Below, piece by piece: positions 46,594 through 58,200 of a DNA stretch of 64,000 nucleotides. A program made the position numbers and the translations under genes. The stretch is from an uncultured Coprobacillus sp. (GTDB lineage Bacteria; Bacillota_I; Bacilli_A; ML615J-28; CAG-698): the NCBI GenBank assembly GCA_964389905.1, contig CAYMGD010000006.1, positions 1,826 to 65,825 on the forward strand, written 5' to 3'. The notes beneath the pieces were generated by a model, which was given only the letters and a program-made list of their open reading frames with translations, did not search any database and was not told where the DNA came from. Every line of letters starts with the position of its first letter. Position 1 is the first letter of the stretch.

Positions 46594-48393
46594 TTATAGA
46601 GGCAAATCTTTCTTTACAAATATTGTAGAACCTGCTACATACCCACAAATACCCATTACTCCTAAAATAATAAACTTCCATATAAATGCATTCGTACCAT
46701 CCATTATTGAAATAACATCAAATAAAGAAATAACAGTTGTATAATTGAAGTAATTTAATGATTTTAATCTAATTATTGATGGAATAACTGGACTACCAAA
46801 TAAACCTAACATAGCAGCTACTAATGCATAAATGCTTAAACCACCGCCTATTGCCATCGAACGTTTACTTCTATTAAATATGCATGATGTAAAGAAGCAT
46901 AAACCAGATAAAGCTAAAAGCACAAGGAAGGCACCAAGATTTAATAAAATCAAATTACCATATGTTAAGTTTACTTCTTCCGTTATCAAGCACAAACAAA
47001 TACAACTTGTAATAGTTGTTAGTCCAAACATTGCAAATAATGAACCCACCAAATAAATAGCTTGTGTGAAAACAACTGTCTTACGTTTTGTTGAAGTGGA
47101 AAGAACGTATGCCATTGAGCCGCTATCCACTTGTCCTGCGATTAAGTTATTAGATGCCATAATCATATAAATAATTGGCAATAATAAACCAGCTAGTTTA
47201 TAAAAGATTGAGCCGACAACTAATGTATACAAATCGGCTTTCCCGACTTCCTCAAGTGCTTCAGATACTGCTGATGGTAAAGTTGAAAGGAAGCTTGAAG
47301 AGATATTTTGAGTTAAATTTTCTTTTGTTAAGTTAACAGCTTCAAGATAAGCATTTTCTGAAGCAAATTCTCCATTTACATATTTTTCGTAAAGAGCATC
47401 TAATTCATAATCAATTCTTCCTTGATACGTTAATAATGCCGTATTTGACATCTTTTTAATCTCTTCATATGTATATCCAAATGAGATATACTTATCATAT
47501 GAAACGCCATATGATGATAAGGCTTCTACTAAAGCATTGACATTATCAGCTTCAGTCATATTTCCTGCCAAAAAGATATTTGTTCCAGCTAAAGCTCTTT
47601 CTTCACGATATTCTTTTCTAGTAGAAGAATTTATATAACTTGTTTCACTAATATTTGTAATGAGTGATAAATAATCATATTCATTAGGAATAGCTTCACC
47701 ATTTTTTGTATAAAAATCATTAAACATTCCATTAGGATTTAAAACATACATAACACTTCCTATCATTTCTAAAGCTTCTGATGAATTTGATTCATATCCT
47801 AACTTAGCCGCTTTTGCTTCCAAATATGATTGCAATTCTGCACAAGTATCAGTATATATCAAAGTTACAGCGTTTACTTCGGTTGCAGGAGTAGCATTTT
47901 TCCAGTTTTCTATTGCTTTTATATATTCATCGGCTGAAGAATAATCTTCTAAAGTAGGTTGTGAGGCAAACCAATTTTTAACCTCTTCTGAAAAAGTTTT
48001 TCCAGTACTAGTAATCATTTCAGGTTCTTGTTCTTGCCATAAAGCAAGAGCTACGTAATATTCTTCAGTGCTAGTAAATGAAGATTCTTGAGGAAGGTTT
48101 GCAAACCACTTCATATATGAAAATACATCAAGAGACTTTTGAGAAAAGAGTTTATCGAACTCTTCTAATCCATCTAATGAATTATCATAATATGTTATAC
48201 TTCTTTTTTCCATTTGTGAATCAATTTCTTCTGTAATTATTGTATCTTGAATAGCATTTCTAACTTCTCCAATGTTTCCATTTCCTGAAATTAACATTAC
48301 ACAAGATAACATAAAGCAAACTGCAAATGTAATAACTATCCACATTGTACCATTTGCTTTGCAAGATTGTTTAAATAAAGCTTTATTAAACAT
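46594..48393 (-). CDS. ABC-2 type permease with a large extracytoplasmic domain of about 340 aa
   Basis: The 599-aa protein has one N-terminal TM, a long soluble loop and about 5 C-terminal TMs. It follows two ABC ATPase genes. Confidence 0.7.
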   Translation of the reverse strand: MFNKALFKQSCKANGTMWIVITFAVCFMLSCVMLISGNGNIGEVRNAIQDTIITEEIDSQMEKRSITYYDNSLDGLEEFDKLFSQKSLDVFSYMKWFANLPQESSFTSTEEYYVALALWQEQEPEMITSTGKTFSEEVKNWFASQPTLEDYSSADEYIKAIENWKNATPATEVNAVTLIYTDTCAELQSYLEAKAAKLGYESNSSEALEMIGSVMYVLNPNGMFNDFYTKNGEAIPNEYDYLSLITNISETSYINSSTRKEYREERALAGTNIFLAGNMTEADNVNALVEALSSYGVSYDKYISFGYTYEEIKKMSNTALLTYQGRIDYELDALYEKYVNGEFASENAYLEAVNLTKENLTQNISSSFLSTLPSAVSEALEEVGKADLYTLVVGSIFYKLAGLLLPIIYMIMASNNLIAGQVDSGSMAYVLSTSTKRKTVVFTQAIYLVGSLFAMFGLTTITSCICLCLITEEVNLTYGNLILLNLGAFLVLLALSGLCFFTSCIFNRSKRSMAIGGGLSIYALVAAMLGLFGSPVIPSIIRLKSLNYFNYTTVISLFDVISIMDGTNAFIWKFIILGVMGICGYVAGSTIFVKKDLPL

Positions 48394-48408
48394 TTTATCG
48401 CACTCCTT

Positions 48409-49302
48409 TTATATATTTTTCTTTAATACTTTTTTAAAATGCATTTCTAAAGTATAAGGTAATTCAGAAATAAATTTTACATTATAATTTTTTAAAGTTT
48501 TAAGTAAACATGCCGTGTCATCATATTTTATACGTATTGTTACCTGATTATATTGCTCTTGTAAACGCACTATTTCATAATTTTCTTTTAAAAATTTTTC
48601 ATAGTCATTTCTTTCATAAAACTCAATTTTAAATTCTTTTACTTTACGATTTTTAATATCATTCATATCACAAATATCAATAATATGTCCATTATTAATT
48701 AGTACCACTTTGTCACAGGTTTTTTCTAGTTCATCAAAACTATGACTGCTCATAAGAATTGTTTTTCCTTTTTGATGTTCTTCTTTAATTATATCTAGAA
48801 ATGTGCTTCTCATTAATGGATCTAATCCTGTTGTTGGTTCATCAAGAATAATTATCGGTGAATCATTCATTAATGCCGCAACTAAAGCTGTTTTTTGTTT
48901 CATTCCTTTACTCATTCGTTTCAAATTAGCTCGTGGGTCAAGTTGTAATCTTTTAATTAACTCATCCGCATAAGACATATCTTTTAAATTGAGAAAATCA
49001 GCTTGGCATTTTAAGAAATCAATTCCTGTTTTTAAATCAGGAAAAGCAATTTCTCCTGGCACGTATCCTATATCTTTAACAATTTCACTAGAGTTTTCCC
49101 ATGACGAAAGACCATTAACATAAACGTTTCCTGCTGTTGGTTTTAAAAACCCCATAATATGTCTTATGGTAGTCGTCTTACCACTGCCATTAGTGCCGAC
49201 ATAGCCAACCATTTCACCTTTTTCAATAGATAAGTTAAGATCAAAAATTCCTTTCTCTTGACCATAATCTTTTGTTAAGTTTTTTATTTCTATTAAACTC
49301 AC
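48409..49302 (-). CDS. ABC transporter ATP-binding protein
   Basis: GTNGSGKTT, LSKGMKQK and ILDEPTTGLD are present. Confidence 0.9.
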   Translation of the reverse strand: MSLIEIKNLTKDYGQEKGIFDLNLSIEKGEMVGYVGTNGSGKTTTIRHIMGFLKPTAGNVYVNGLSSWENSSEIVKDIGYVPGEIAFPDLKTGIDFLKCQADFLNLKDMSYADELIKRLQLDPRANLKRMSKGMKQKTALVAALMNDSPIIILDEPTTGLDPLMRSTFLDIIKEEHQKGKTILMSSHSFDELEKTCDKVVLINNGHIIDICDMNDIKNRKVKEFKIEFYERNDYEKFLKENYEIVRLQEQYNQVTIRIKYDDTACLLKTLKNYNVKFISELPYTLEMHFKKVLKKNI

Positions 49303-50237
49303 GATAAAACACCTCCAAACTCTTTATCCTCTTTATAAAATTTCATAAAGTAATCTTCTAAAGATTCTTTTCTATTACTAAAAGCTAAAACTTTTAGATC
49401 AGATAATATCATTATTAGTTCATTTAAATCTTTATCATCTACAGAAATAAAAACATCATTAAATCCACTTGATATTTTCTTTAAAGAAGAAATATTTACA
49501 CTTTGCTTATAAAAACTTTCCAATTCTTTATCATTTTCAAAAGATATATTGTAATATTTTTTAGAAGCATGTTTCAATTCATCAGCAATAAATTCTGAAA
49601 CAATTTCACCATCTTTGATAATAGCAATTCTATCGCATGTTGAATCAATCTCTGAAAAAATGTGACTTGAAAGTAAAATTGTTTTGCTACGCTTTTTTTC
49701 TAAATGAATGAACTCTACAAATTTTTCTTGCATTACTGGGTCAAGTCCACTAGTAGGTTCATCAAGTATTAATACTTGAGGATCCGACATAAAAGCAACA
49801 ACAATAGCAAGTTTTCTTTTTACTCCTAAACTCATTCTTTTGGTTTCACCAGATAAAACATTTTTATGCAATTCAAATAATTCAAGCATTTCGTTTAGTC
49901 TTTTTTCATTATGTATTCCTTGCATATCTTGCATCATTTTAATAAATTCAAAACCTGTCAAACCAGCAGGTAATGCTATTTCACCTGGAATATATCCAAC
50001 ATTTTTTAGAACTTCATTATATCTTTTGAATGTTTCTTTATCAAATATTTTAGTACTTCCACTGTCTGGTTGAGAAAAGCCCATCAAATGTCTGATAGTT
50101 GTTGATTTTCCTGCTCCGTTTGGACCAAGAAAGCCAAATACTTCTCCTTCATTTATAGTAAATGAAACATCGAAGACTCCTCTTCCACTACCATAGTCTT
50201 TAGTTAAGTGTGCAACTTCTATAATCTTTTTATTCAT
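49299..50237 (-). CDS. ABC transporter ATP-binding protein
   Basis: GPNGAGKST, MSLGVKRK and ILDEPTSGLD are present. Confidence 0.9.
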   Translation of the reverse strand: MNKKIIEVAHLTKDYGSGRGVFDVSFTINEGEVFGFLGPNGAGKSTTIRHLMGFSQPDSGSTKIFDKETFKRYNEVLKNVGYIPGEIALPAGLTGFEFIKMMQDMQGIHNEKRLNEMLELFELHKNVLSGETKRMSLGVKRKLAIVVAFMSDPQVLILDEPTSGLDPVMQEKFVEFIHLEKKRSKTILLSSHIFSEIDSTCDRIAIIKDGEIVSEFIADELKHASKKYYNISFENDKELESFYKQSVNISSLKKISSGFNDVFISVDDKDLNELIMILSDLKVLAFSNRKESLEDYFMKFYKEDKEFGGVLS

Positions 50238-50262
50238 CTTTTTCCTCCTTTTTTTAACACTG

Positions 50263-50339
50263 TTGACATTTTAACTGTGTTGTATTATAATATAAAAAAA
50301 GAAATAACAAAAGTACAATTGTTATTTCACAGTTAAAAT
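50263..50339 (+). promoter_or_regulatory. Divergent promoter region. The tetR promoter is TTGACA-N17-TATAAT. Nested inverted repeats are the candidate TetR operator.
   Basis: The -35 is at 50263-50268 and the -10 at 50286-50291. The inner inverted repeat is GAAATAACAA (50301-50310) and TTGTTATTTC (50319-50328). The outer inverted repeat is ATTTTAACTGTG (50268-50279) and CACAGTTAAAAT (50328-50339). Confidence 0.5.
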
Positions 50340-50378
50340 TTAAACATAAATTACAAATTTGTAAACATTGGTGAAAAA

Positions 50379-50945
50379 ATGAAAGTAAAAAACCTTAATA
50401 ATTCCTCAAAAAAAACAAAAAAAATAATCAAAAGAGTGTTTGCGGAAATGTTATCTGAAAAAATGGAGTTATCCAAAATGACTGTTAGCGAATTATGTAA
50501 ACGAGCCGATATTAGTCGTGGAGCCTTTTATTCGCATTACGATGATATTTATGGCGTTGCTGAAGAATATGAAAATGAATTAATTGATGTTTTCTTTGCT
50601 TCAACTCAAAGTTTAAATTCTCAAAATATTATGCAATTTATTGATAAAATATTTGAATACATTCGCAAAAATGATGAAACTTATCATTTAATATGCAAAT
50701 CTAATGATTTTCTTTTTGTTTCAAAAAAATTAATGACAATTGCTTCGAATAAACTTTTAGAGCTTTGTCTTAATGACAAACGGATAAAGAATCATTCTCA
50801 TATTAAACTTGAAATAGAGATATTTCTTGAAGGGCTTTTTTGTGAGTACATAAGATATTGTCGAGGATTATCATCCACTTCTATTGATGATATTTATATT
50901 TATACTAAATATTGGGTCAATAATTTTATACAAAATCGTTTATAA
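50379..50945 (+). CDS. TetR/AcrR family transcriptional regulator
   Basis: The HTH TVSELCKRADISRGAFYSHY is present, and the gene is divergent from the ABC operon. Confidence 0.85.
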   Translation: MKVKNLNNSSKKTKKIIKRVFAEMLSEKMELSKMTVSELCKRADISRGAFYSHYDDIYGVAEEYENELIDVFFASTQSLNSQNIMQFIDKIFEYIRKNDETYHLICKSNDFLFVSKKLMTIASNKLLELCLNDKRIKNHSHIKLEIEIFLEGLFCEYIRYCRGLSSTSIDDIYIYTKYWVNNFIQNRL

Positions 50946-50960
50946 TATTAACAAATTAAG

Positions 50961-50994
50961 AAAACCCCTTAATCATTTCATAAGGGGTTTTTTA
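50961..50994. terminator. Bidirectional intrinsic terminator
   Basis: AAAACCCCTTA-N9-TAAGGGGTTTTTT. Confidence 0.8.
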
Positions 50995-51103
50995 TAATTC
51001 TCTTGTTTCTATTATAGTTATTATAAATTACATATTATATTTTACCATCAAATAAATATCTAAATAGTTATCTACTTCAAATACAATACCTTATATTAAT
51101 TCT

Positions 51104-51397
51104 TTATAATTCGTAATCAATAGCAACACTAGCTTCTCTTACGCTATGCATATATTTTTTCACTATATTACAATGATATTCATCATTTTGATACTTTTCT
51201 AAATCTTCAACGCTATCTAAAATTACTTCTAAAATAACATCATAGCTTCTAGCTGAACCTAAAAAGTCAATTCCCACATTGATATCTTTAATTAAATCAA
51301 CTTTACCTTTCATTGACATTAATACTTCTTTTGCTTCTTTTTTCTTTTCAATTGAATTATCTTTTAATTTGAAACATACTATATGTTTAATCATCAT
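51104..51397 (-). CDS. Dabb (stress-responsive alpha/beta barrel) family protein
   Basis: The 97-aa protein contains IKHIVCFKLKD...VILDSVEDLEKYQNDEYH. Confidence 0.8.
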   Translation of the reverse strand: MMIKHIVCFKLKDNSIEKKKEAKEVLMSMKGKVDLIKDINVGIDFLGSARSYDVILEVILDSVEDLEKYQNDEYHCNIVKKYMHSVREASVAIDYEL

Positions 51398-51457
51398 TTC
51401 ACCTCTTTATAATTTTATATAAATATTATACAACGAATATAAATAATATACAATACT

Positions 51458-51485
51458 AAAAAAAGTATCTGAAAAGCCAGATACT
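51458..51485 (-). terminator. Intrinsic terminator after the ABC exporter pair
   Basis: AGTATCTG-GCTTTT-CAGATACT is followed by T7. It overlaps the stop codon. Confidence 0.7.
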
Positions 51486-53272
51486 TAATCTTGATAATAT
51501 GCAGCTTGAGAAGTGAACATTTTATAATAAAGACCTTTTTCATTTTTCATAAGTTCTTTATGAGTTCCTTCTTCGACAATCTTATTACCATCTAGAACCA
51601 TAATGTGATCACTAAAAATACAACTTGATAATCGATGAGAAATAAACAAAGTTAACTTTTTACCAACAATATCATTAAACTCATAATATATTTTTGCTTC
51701 AGCAACTGGGTCTAATGCACTTGTAGGTTCATCAAGCACTACAAAGTCACTATCTTTATATAAACATCTTGCAATAGCAAACTTTTGCATTTCTCCACCA
51801 GAAAAAGTAATTCCTGTTTTGTCGAACCATTTGTTAATATATGTATTTTCCTTGTTTTCTAGTTCTAAAACTCTATCTAATACCTGTGCTCTACGAAGAA
51901 CATCATAGAGTTTTTCTTGATCTCTTTCAATAATAGCAATATTAGAACGAATACTAAAAGAAATAATCATAAAGTCTTGGAAAACAACTGCTATTTGTTT
52001 CATATAATCTTTATAGTCAAGTTCATTAATATTAATACCATTTACTAATATTTCTCCTTCTTCTATTTCATAGAAGCGACATATAAGCTTTATAATTGTT
52101 GTTTTACCTGCCCCATTAAGACCAACAAGTGATACTTTTTCATTATTAGTAATCCTAAAACTCACATCTTTTAATATATAATTATCAGTTCGAGGATATT
52201 TGAAACTAACATTTTTAAATTCAATAGATTCTATTTTGTCAATTTTCTTTACTCCATTAACAAAAACACTTTCCATTTCTATGATATCAATAAACTCATC
52301 TTGATATTCACATGCCTTGATATAATCTTGGACATTGTAAATTAAATTTGCTATTTGACCATCTAATGTTTTTAAACTTGTAAACAAAAGTTGGAAAGTT
52401 GAAATACTTATTACTTTATTTACGCATTGATAACCCAGATATAAAATTGAAAGAAATTGCGTTAAAATATAATAACAAAAACTATCAATTGTACCTAATA
52501 AAGATAATTTATTAGATAGTTTAGTATATGCTTTAATTGCAGGTGGATTGGTATCATCTGTTGTTGTTTTAAGCAACTCTTTACCGCCAAATAATCTTAA
52601 ATCTTTTTGCATTCTAAAGCTTATTATATTTCTATTATAGTAATTAAGTTTTCTCTCATATCGTACCATCGAATTACGAAATTCTTGATTAATATTTTGA
52701 ATCTTTCGGTAAATGATAGTATTGGTAATAATAGCAATAAGAGTTAGAATCATTGCAATATATTGTTTTGAATATACCACAATACCTATTACTCCAGCTA
52801 TTGTTATTACCGATTTAATGACCATTCTAAGAGAATACACAAATGAGTATATTCCATTACTATATTCATTCATTCCTTTTTTGGCTCTATTCATTTTATC
52901 AATAAAAGCAGGATCTTCAATATTAAAGTAATCAATACTCATTATCTTATCATTGAAAATCTTTTCGATTTCAAAATCAGCTTTACTTGTTGAATAGTCA
53001 AGTAGTCCATCTAGTATTATGCTTATAAGTTGTAAAATAAATTGACCAAGTGATAATAACAATATATATATAACTATAGTCTTTATTTCACGATTTCCTA
53101 ATAATTCTTGTAATATCATAGATGGCAAAATAGTGGCAAGAAGCGTTCTTATTGAAACTATAATAGCACTTACAATCATTAAAGGAATTGTCAGAGGTGA
53201 ATATTTGAATAATAATGGAGTGATAAACTTAATGTTTCTTAAAACTAAGTTTTTCTTACGCTTTTTACTCAT
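51485..53272 (-). CDS. ABC exporter, fused permease/ATPase half-transporter
   Basis: The 595-aa protein has 6 TMs plus GLNGAGKTT, FSGGEMQK and VLDEPTSALD. Confidence 0.9.
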   Translation of the reverse strand: MSKKRKKNLVLRNIKFITPLLFKYSPLTIPLMIVSAIIVSIRTLLATILPSMILQELLGNREIKTIVIYILLLSLGQFILQLISIILDGLLDYSTSKADFEIEKIFNDKIMSIDYFNIEDPAFIDKMNRAKKGMNEYSNGIYSFVYSLRMVIKSVITIAGVIGIVVYSKQYIAMILTLIAIITNTIIYRKIQNINQEFRNSMVRYERKLNYYNRNIISFRMQKDLRLFGGKELLKTTTDDTNPPAIKAYTKLSNKLSLLGTIDSFCYYILTQFLSILYLGYQCVNKVISISTFQLLFTSLKTLDGQIANLIYNVQDYIKACEYQDEFIDIIEMESVFVNGVKKIDKIESIEFKNVSFKYPRTDNYILKDVSFRITNNEKVSLVGLNGAGKTTIIKLICRFYEIEEGEILVNGININELDYKDYMKQIAVVFQDFMIISFSIRSNIAIIERDQEKLYDVLRRAQVLDRVLELENKENTYINKWFDKTGITFSGGEMQKFAIARCLYKDSDFVVLDEPTSALDPVAEAKIYYEFNDIVGKKLTLFISHRLSSCIFSDHIMVLDGNKIVEEGTHKELMKNEKGLYYKMFTSQAAYYQD

Positions 53273-55079
53273 TCTTCACACCTCCATTCTTATAAAAGTT
53301 AGCCTGCATACTAAATAGTTCTTTGTATAATGTTTCACTTGCCATTAAGTCTTTGTGCGTGCCTTCTTCTTTTATTTTCCCATGGTCTAATACAATAATT
53401 CTATCACAAAACTTTGTTGAAGCTAAACGATGAGAAATAAAAATTGCCGCATTGTTTCTTACTAATTCATTAAAATTGTTGTATAAGTTTGCTTCACTTA
53501 TAGCATCCATTGCACTAGTCGGTTCATCAAGAATGTATAAGTTTGAATCTTTGTATCCCGCACGAGCAATTAAAAGTTTTTGAGTTTCCCCTCCTGACAA
53601 CAAAATTCCTTTTTCATCAAAGTCACGAGTTAGAAGAGTTTTTTCTTTTGCTTCGAACGAATCAACTTTTTTCTTAAGATCTAATAAATTTAATAAATAC
53701 TGTACCTTTTCGTGGTTAACATTTTCGCCATATTTCATAGCTACATTTTCTTCGATATTATATGAATATAACATACCATCTTGAAATACTGGAGCAATTA
53801 TTTTTCTTAACGATTCATGAGTAATATCATTTATATCAATTCCATTGATAAAAATATTTCCTTTAGTAGGATGATATAAACCACATAATAGTTTTACAAG
53901 AGTTGTTTTTCCTGCACCATTATATCCCACTAAAGCTATTTTCTCTCCTTGATTTATTTTAAAAGATATATCCTCTAAAGCAAAGCCTTCTTGGGCGTAA
54001 TATTGATAATAAACATTCTTAAATTCTACTGAAAATGGTAATTCAGCAGCATCTTTAGTTCTGTTCTTATCAATATATTTATCTGTCATATATCTAAAGT
54101 AATCATCAGCTTGTAAACTACAATTATATAAATAGCCATAATCAGTTGTTATTGAGTTAAGTGATGATATAACTTGATATACTGAAGAAATCATAAATGA
54201 AAAGCTTGAAATTAACATATTCTTTTCTAAAACTTCATAAACCATAACACCATAAAGTAAAGCTTCATCTAATGCATTCAAAAATCTAACAAATGCATCA
54301 TATATTGATGTAACAATTGTTCTTTTCTTTATTAGTTTTAAGAGTTTATTATTAGCGGTTTCTCTTTCTTCATTAACAAATTCATCCATATTATAAATAC
54401 GTAAATCTTTCCCAATCCCCAAATTTAGTGATATGTTATTGACATATGTATGTTTTCTCCAAATAGGAATTTGCTCATCACTGATTGCTTTGGCTTTCTT
54501 TTGACTTGTTCTCTTTAATAGTAGTTTAATGATTGCCAAAAAGATAATAAGAAATACGAGTAAAGGATTTACAGTTAAAATAATTCCACAGCCAATTAAA
54601 AAAGTAATAAAAGACTGAAGTAACCAAAATCCTCTATTAAACGTTCCACAAACACCTTGCCATTCACCTGTTGCTCGTGAAGCCTTTTCATACTCTTCTT
54701 GAGCTGAAGGTAATTCTAATTTTTCATATTCCATATCCAATGTCTTTAATGACATTTCAAGCGATATGCAATATTTTATTTTACTTCTTCGTGGATCAAG
54801 AGCATAATTAATTGTCCTACTTATTATAGAAAATATTAAAGTTAAAGCAATTACTCCCCAGACTGCTGAGAATAGTGCAGTAAACGTTGGTTCATCTTTT
54901 TCTAAAACCGAAATAGCTTTTAGAATAATCATTGAGTATAAATAAGGTGATATTGACTCTAGTATTAATGATAATATATTCAATATGACAAATACTTTGT
55001 CAAATTTAAAAACAACTTTAATACTTTTTAGAAAATTTTTAACAACGTTAGTTTTAAATTTTTTCGGTTTGTTTTTCAT
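53265..55079 (-). CDS. ABC exporter, fused permease/ATPase half-transporter (heterodimer partner)
   Basis: GYNGAGKTT, LSGGETQK and ILDEPTSAMD are present. I placed the start at the ATG at 55079; the track start is GTG. Confidence 0.9.
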   Translation of the reverse strand: MKNKPKKFKTNVVKNFLKSIKVVFKFDKVFVILNILSLILESISPYLYSMIILKAISVLEKDEPTFTALFSAVWGVIALTLIFSIISRTINYALDPRRSKIKYCISLEMSLKTLDMEYEKLELPSAQEEYEKASRATGEWQGVCGTFNRGFWLLQSFITFLIGCGIILTVNPLLVFLIIFLAIIKLLLKRTSQKKAKAISDEQIPIWRKHTYVNNISLNLGIGKDLRIYNMDEFVNEERETANNKLLKLIKKRTIVTSIYDAFVRFLNALDEALLYGVMVYEVLEKNMLISSFSFMISSVYQVISSLNSITTDYGYLYNCSLQADDYFRYMTDKYIDKNRTKDAAELPFSVEFKNVYYQYYAQEGFALEDISFKINQGEKIALVGYNGAGKTTLVKLLCGLYHPTKGNIFINGIDINDITHESLRKIIAPVFQDGMLYSYNIEENVAMKYGENVNHEKVQYLLNLLDLKKKVDSFEAKEKTLLTRDFDEKGILLSGGETQKLLIARAGYKDSNLYILDEPTSAMDAISEANLYNNFNELVRNNAAIFISHRLASTKFCDRIIVLDHGKIKEEGTHKDLMASETLYKELFSMQANFYKNGGVKNE

Positions 55080-55229
55080 TGTGTTTCCCTTTCGCACGAT
55101 TATTATATACCCCCCCCTATGTCTGTCAAGGAGAATATTTTTTGTTAATTATATTATATCCTAATATTATATCGCTAGGCAAGAACTTATTGGTTGCATT
55201 ATATATATTTATAGTTGATATAAATAGTC

Positions 55230-55264
55230 ATAAAATTAAGCACTTGCTATTAACAAGTGCTTAA
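55230..55264 (-). terminator. Intrinsic terminator after the amidase gene
   Basis: CTTAAGCACTTG-N7-CAAGTGCTTAA is followed by TTTTAT. Confidence 0.7.
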
Positions 55265-55271
55265 GTATTAT

Positions 55272-58200
55272 TTATCTTGCAAACACTCCATTATTCCATA
55301 CTTTTGTTGAGGCATATAATCCATTCCATTGTTCCCAAGTTGTTGTACCAGGAACAACACTATATAAAGTAACGCTCTTTGACTCGTTTCCAGATTTTAC
55401 TGTAACTTCGTATGAAACTGTTTGAGTTGTTGATGGAGCTTTGATAACACGTCCAGTATTATCAACAATTGTTGGATTATTTGATTTCATAGATATTTCA
55501 ACATCAGCATAATCCTTAGCTAAAATGTAGTTTAGTTCTACCATCTTCATAAATTGATCCCAATAGTTTCCAGCAATTAGAACTTGTGGACAGTTTTTAC
55601 CTGACCAGTTGTTGTGCATCATAACTCTTGTAGTATCTAAGTTATTTCTAATTAGAATATCAGCAACAAGTCTTGCTGTTCTTTGCCATGTATCATATGT
55701 ATCATTTGATGTATTAACGTTCATTTCAATACCAATTGAATTATTATTTCCACCATGGTTAGAAATAATTCCACTAATATTTTGTGAGAAGCATACCCAA
55801 GATGTTCCTAAGTAGTATTCACCATTTACTACTTTCCAAACTGGACCTGTAACAGGAAGACTATTCTTTGATGGATTAGCAATTGTTTGTGAACCATTAG
55901 ATATTGGTGCTTCAACATTTGATTTTTCACCATTAATTGTAAAGTAATATTTTGAACCAACTTTAACTAAATCAACATCAGGTTTAGTATTTGATGCAGC
56001 CTTTACACCTGATGGAATCCATTCAAAGACTGTTCCAGTACCATCACCAGCATGGTAAGCAATATACTTTTCAGGAACAACTGAATAAATCTTATCGTTA
56101 CCAACTGTATAATGAATTGATGTTTCGCCACTTGACATTACATTAGCAATTGATTCTACTGTACCAGTTAGTGTTGCTGTATCATGAACAGTTACGAATT
56201 CAATCTGATCTGTTGAACGACGATCTTTATGTCCTGATTTGTTTGCTTCTGCTGTTGCTTCATATGATCTATTTATTTCAAATGTATCAAATAAATATCT
56301 ATTAACACTACCATAAACAGCATCATAGTATGTATTTGAACTATCATGGAACAAGCATGCGTTTCCTGTTTCCACAACGCCAAAGTTATTTTCTTTAAGA
56401 AGTGTTAAAACTTTGTCAAGTTTATCTTCTGTTGATAATGTATCAACGAAGAATGCAACTTCTAATGGAGCAGCTAAAGATTTACTATCTTTAATAGTTA
56501 CAAAAGCAGTACCTAAACCTATAGCTTCAACATTTCCATTTGCATCAACTGTAATAATGCTATTATTACTTGATGAGTACGTAAATGTCAAATCTTGTGT
56601 ATCTTTTCCTAAAGCATATGGTTTAAGATTTACTTTATCACCAATTTTTAGTACTCCTGTATAATCATCATCAAAAGTAATATCTAAAGAAGTAATTGGG
56701 TAAACAACTATTTCGTATTCTTTAACAATATTCTTTATATAATCTGTAATTGTGATAGTTGCTGTACCAGCATTTATAGCAGTTAATAAACCTGTATTAG
56801 AAACACTAACAATATCTTTATCGCTTGTGCTATAAATAATTTGTTTAAAGTATGCATCACTTGGAACAATACTTGATGAAACTTGTACTGTTTCGCCTGT
56901 TTTCATTTCTGAAGGCATATTTTCTACTGTAATATCTGTTACAGGATTTAATGCATTCCATTTTGCTATTAAAGTAACATCATCAGCAAAGTCTTCATAA
57001 CTATCATATTTTTTACCTGTCTCATCAAACCAGCCGACAAATTCAAAGCCTAATCTTGTTGGTGCTAATAAAACTCCACCTTTAAGAATATTTACACTTA
57101 ATTTGTAATCCGTAATTTCTGGTTCATAGAAATAAACATCAGTTGTTGAAGAATTTGTAGTCAAAGTGAAATCTTGACTAAATCCAATAATGTAATCATT
57201 CTTTAGTTTTGTTACCTCGCTATGTACAGTTCTGTAGCTTCCATAACTTGAAGAAATACTCAAAACATATTCAGCACCCTCTGGCCATACTGAAGTATTG
57301 GCAGTTTGAATGTTAATTATTTTCCATAACTTTGTTTCTGAATCTTTTCCAATATAAATACGATCAGAGAATGTTGCTTTTGGATTATGATTATTATCTC
57401 CTAAGAAGATATTTGAAGAATATGTACCATCCCAGAAGTTTCCATTACTATAGTTATAATTGTTAATTGTTATTTTAGTAACTTGTTTTCCTGAAGCAGC
57501 ATATAATTCATCAGAATATCCGCCATTAAAATCATAAACAATACTATAATTATCTCTTTGAGCATAGCATGCATATAACACTAAATCTTCTTTAGTTGTT
57601 GAAGTAATACGACTAATATAATCAGTTGAACCTTCTTCTTTAGCCCATCCAAGGAAACGATATCCTTTTTTAACTGGTTTTTCAAGAACATAAGTATATC
57701 CTTCGCCATATTCTGTTATCGCATCTTCTGATAAAGTTCCACCATCTAGTTCATATCTAATAGTATGTGTTAAACCATATAGTGCTTTAACAACTAGATT
57801 CTTTTGAACATTTTCGAACTCACGATCCCATTTTACAAATGTATAACCTTCGACTTCAGGAATTGCAGGTGCTTCTGCATTTTCTCCTTCAGCAACTTTC
57901 ACTTCAGTAATTAAACTTCCTTCAATATCAAAGAATTTAACAGAATACATTTTGCCATTAACTGTAATTTCAATTTGACTCATTGTTCCGTTTACTTCTG
58001 CCATAATAGTCACTTGTCCTTTTGCTTTACCTGTTACAACACCATCACTAACTGTTGCGATTTCGTCATTACTTGATGACCATATAATTTCTCCAGTCGC
58101 ATTAGAAACATTAAGAGTAATTGTTTCACCAACTTCAACTTCAGTTTCGCCAGTAATTACTGGTTCAAGGCACGTAATTGATTCAAGAATAATATTGTAG

